Source of the DNA: Eledone cirrhosa
Lineage: Eukaryota
DNA: 64,000 nucleotides
Assembly (NCBI GenBank): GCA_964016885.1
Contig: OZ024754.1
Span: forward strand, 40,548,001-40,612,000
Direction of reading: 5' to 3'
This document shows, piece by piece, positions 63,200 to 64,000 of this stretch. How positions within the stretch are numbered: position 1 is the stretch's first letter; each line of letters starts with the position of its first letter. The notes under the pieces are model-generated. The model ran no database searches. It saw only the letters and a program-made list of their open reading frames with translations, and was not told the origin of the DNA. Position numbers and translations under genes: made by a program.

Positions 63200-63474
63200 T
63201 CATCATCATTTTACGTCCCCTTTTCCCTGCTTGCAAGGGCGGGGTGGGTCCTATTCAGCACAGCATCTCTCCACTTGTCACAGTCCCTTGTCATCTCCTC
63301 TGTGAGCTTCAGCGATCTGAGGTCAGCTCTCACCACCTCCGCCCATGTTTTTCGTGGTCTTCCTCTACTCCGTCTCCCTTCTACTGGCATTTCTTGAACT
63401 TCTTTACCCAGCGGTCATCCTCCATGCGCATCACATGGCCATACCATCGCAGTCTTCTCTCCCGCACACTACAA

Positions 63475-63475
<1 letters not shown>
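63200..63475 (-). mobile_element. RTE-type 3' fragment (same family as 33530-33742 and 46950-47100)
   Basis: [44 protein letters not shown]. Confidence 0.75.
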
Positions 63476-63550
<75 letters not shown>

Positions 63551-63750
63551 TATATATATATATATATATTATATTATATATATATATATATATATAATAT
63601 AAGATCAAAAGATGGTTAAAAGAGTTCCATGTATTTTAATATGCGCATTTCAAAAACAAATATCATCATGCGATGACATTTGCGTTTTCGTCAAATAAAA
63701 TAGGGAGACATGATATGAAGGTTAAAAAACACTTGTGATTAGTGCAGTTT

Positions 63751-63844
<94 letters not shown>

Positions 63845-64000
63845 AAGAGAAAGAGAGATATATATATAGATATATAGTATGTGGTGGAGACACCACTAAT
63901 TGTGGGAGTACTCAATACATGGAGAGATACAGAGTGGGTATAGAGATATATAAAATACCAAATGTGGCACCAGGCAGTTTCGGCTTGTGACAAACAAACC

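Overview
AT-rich, microsatellite-dense animal genomic DNA. The SINE/LINE repertoire suggests an octopod cephalopod (inferred from recalled repeat families, not confirmed). There is a 200-N gap at 1256-1455. Three spliced genes could be built by hand. (1) Minus strand: a methyl-CpG-binding-domain (MBD) protein gene with a putative non-coding first exon (~11544-11660), a 3.2-kb low-complexity exon (3602-6818) and MBD exons at 2535-2591 and 1692-1805. The last exon carries an apparent 1-nt frameshift, and no further exon was found, so the gene probably runs off the window. (2) Plus strand, head-to-head with gene 1: a complete 10-exon mitochondrial transcription factor B2 gene (TFB2M-like, 14094-26562, 411 aa). 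(3) Minus strand: a complete 3-exon sphingosine-1-phosphate phosphatase gene (SGPP1-like, 58888-30595, 460 aa) with a 24.8-kb first intron. The rest is tRNA-derived SINEs, RTE/CR1/R4/CRE LINE remnants, a TTAA-flanked piggyBac-type MITE family, a Helitron, Penelope-like remnants and many minisatellites. The most striking non-genic signals are a set of type-I hammerhead-like motifs tied to Penelope-like termini (best 52385-52478, sense within SGPP intron 1), many palindromes beside (AT)n tracts, and a 1.2-kb array (40069-41265) of interlocking 9-bp pseudo-dyads. That array reads as nearly the same TVS/TVD peptide on both strands, has a datable internal inversion, and grows out of the end of one of these elements.
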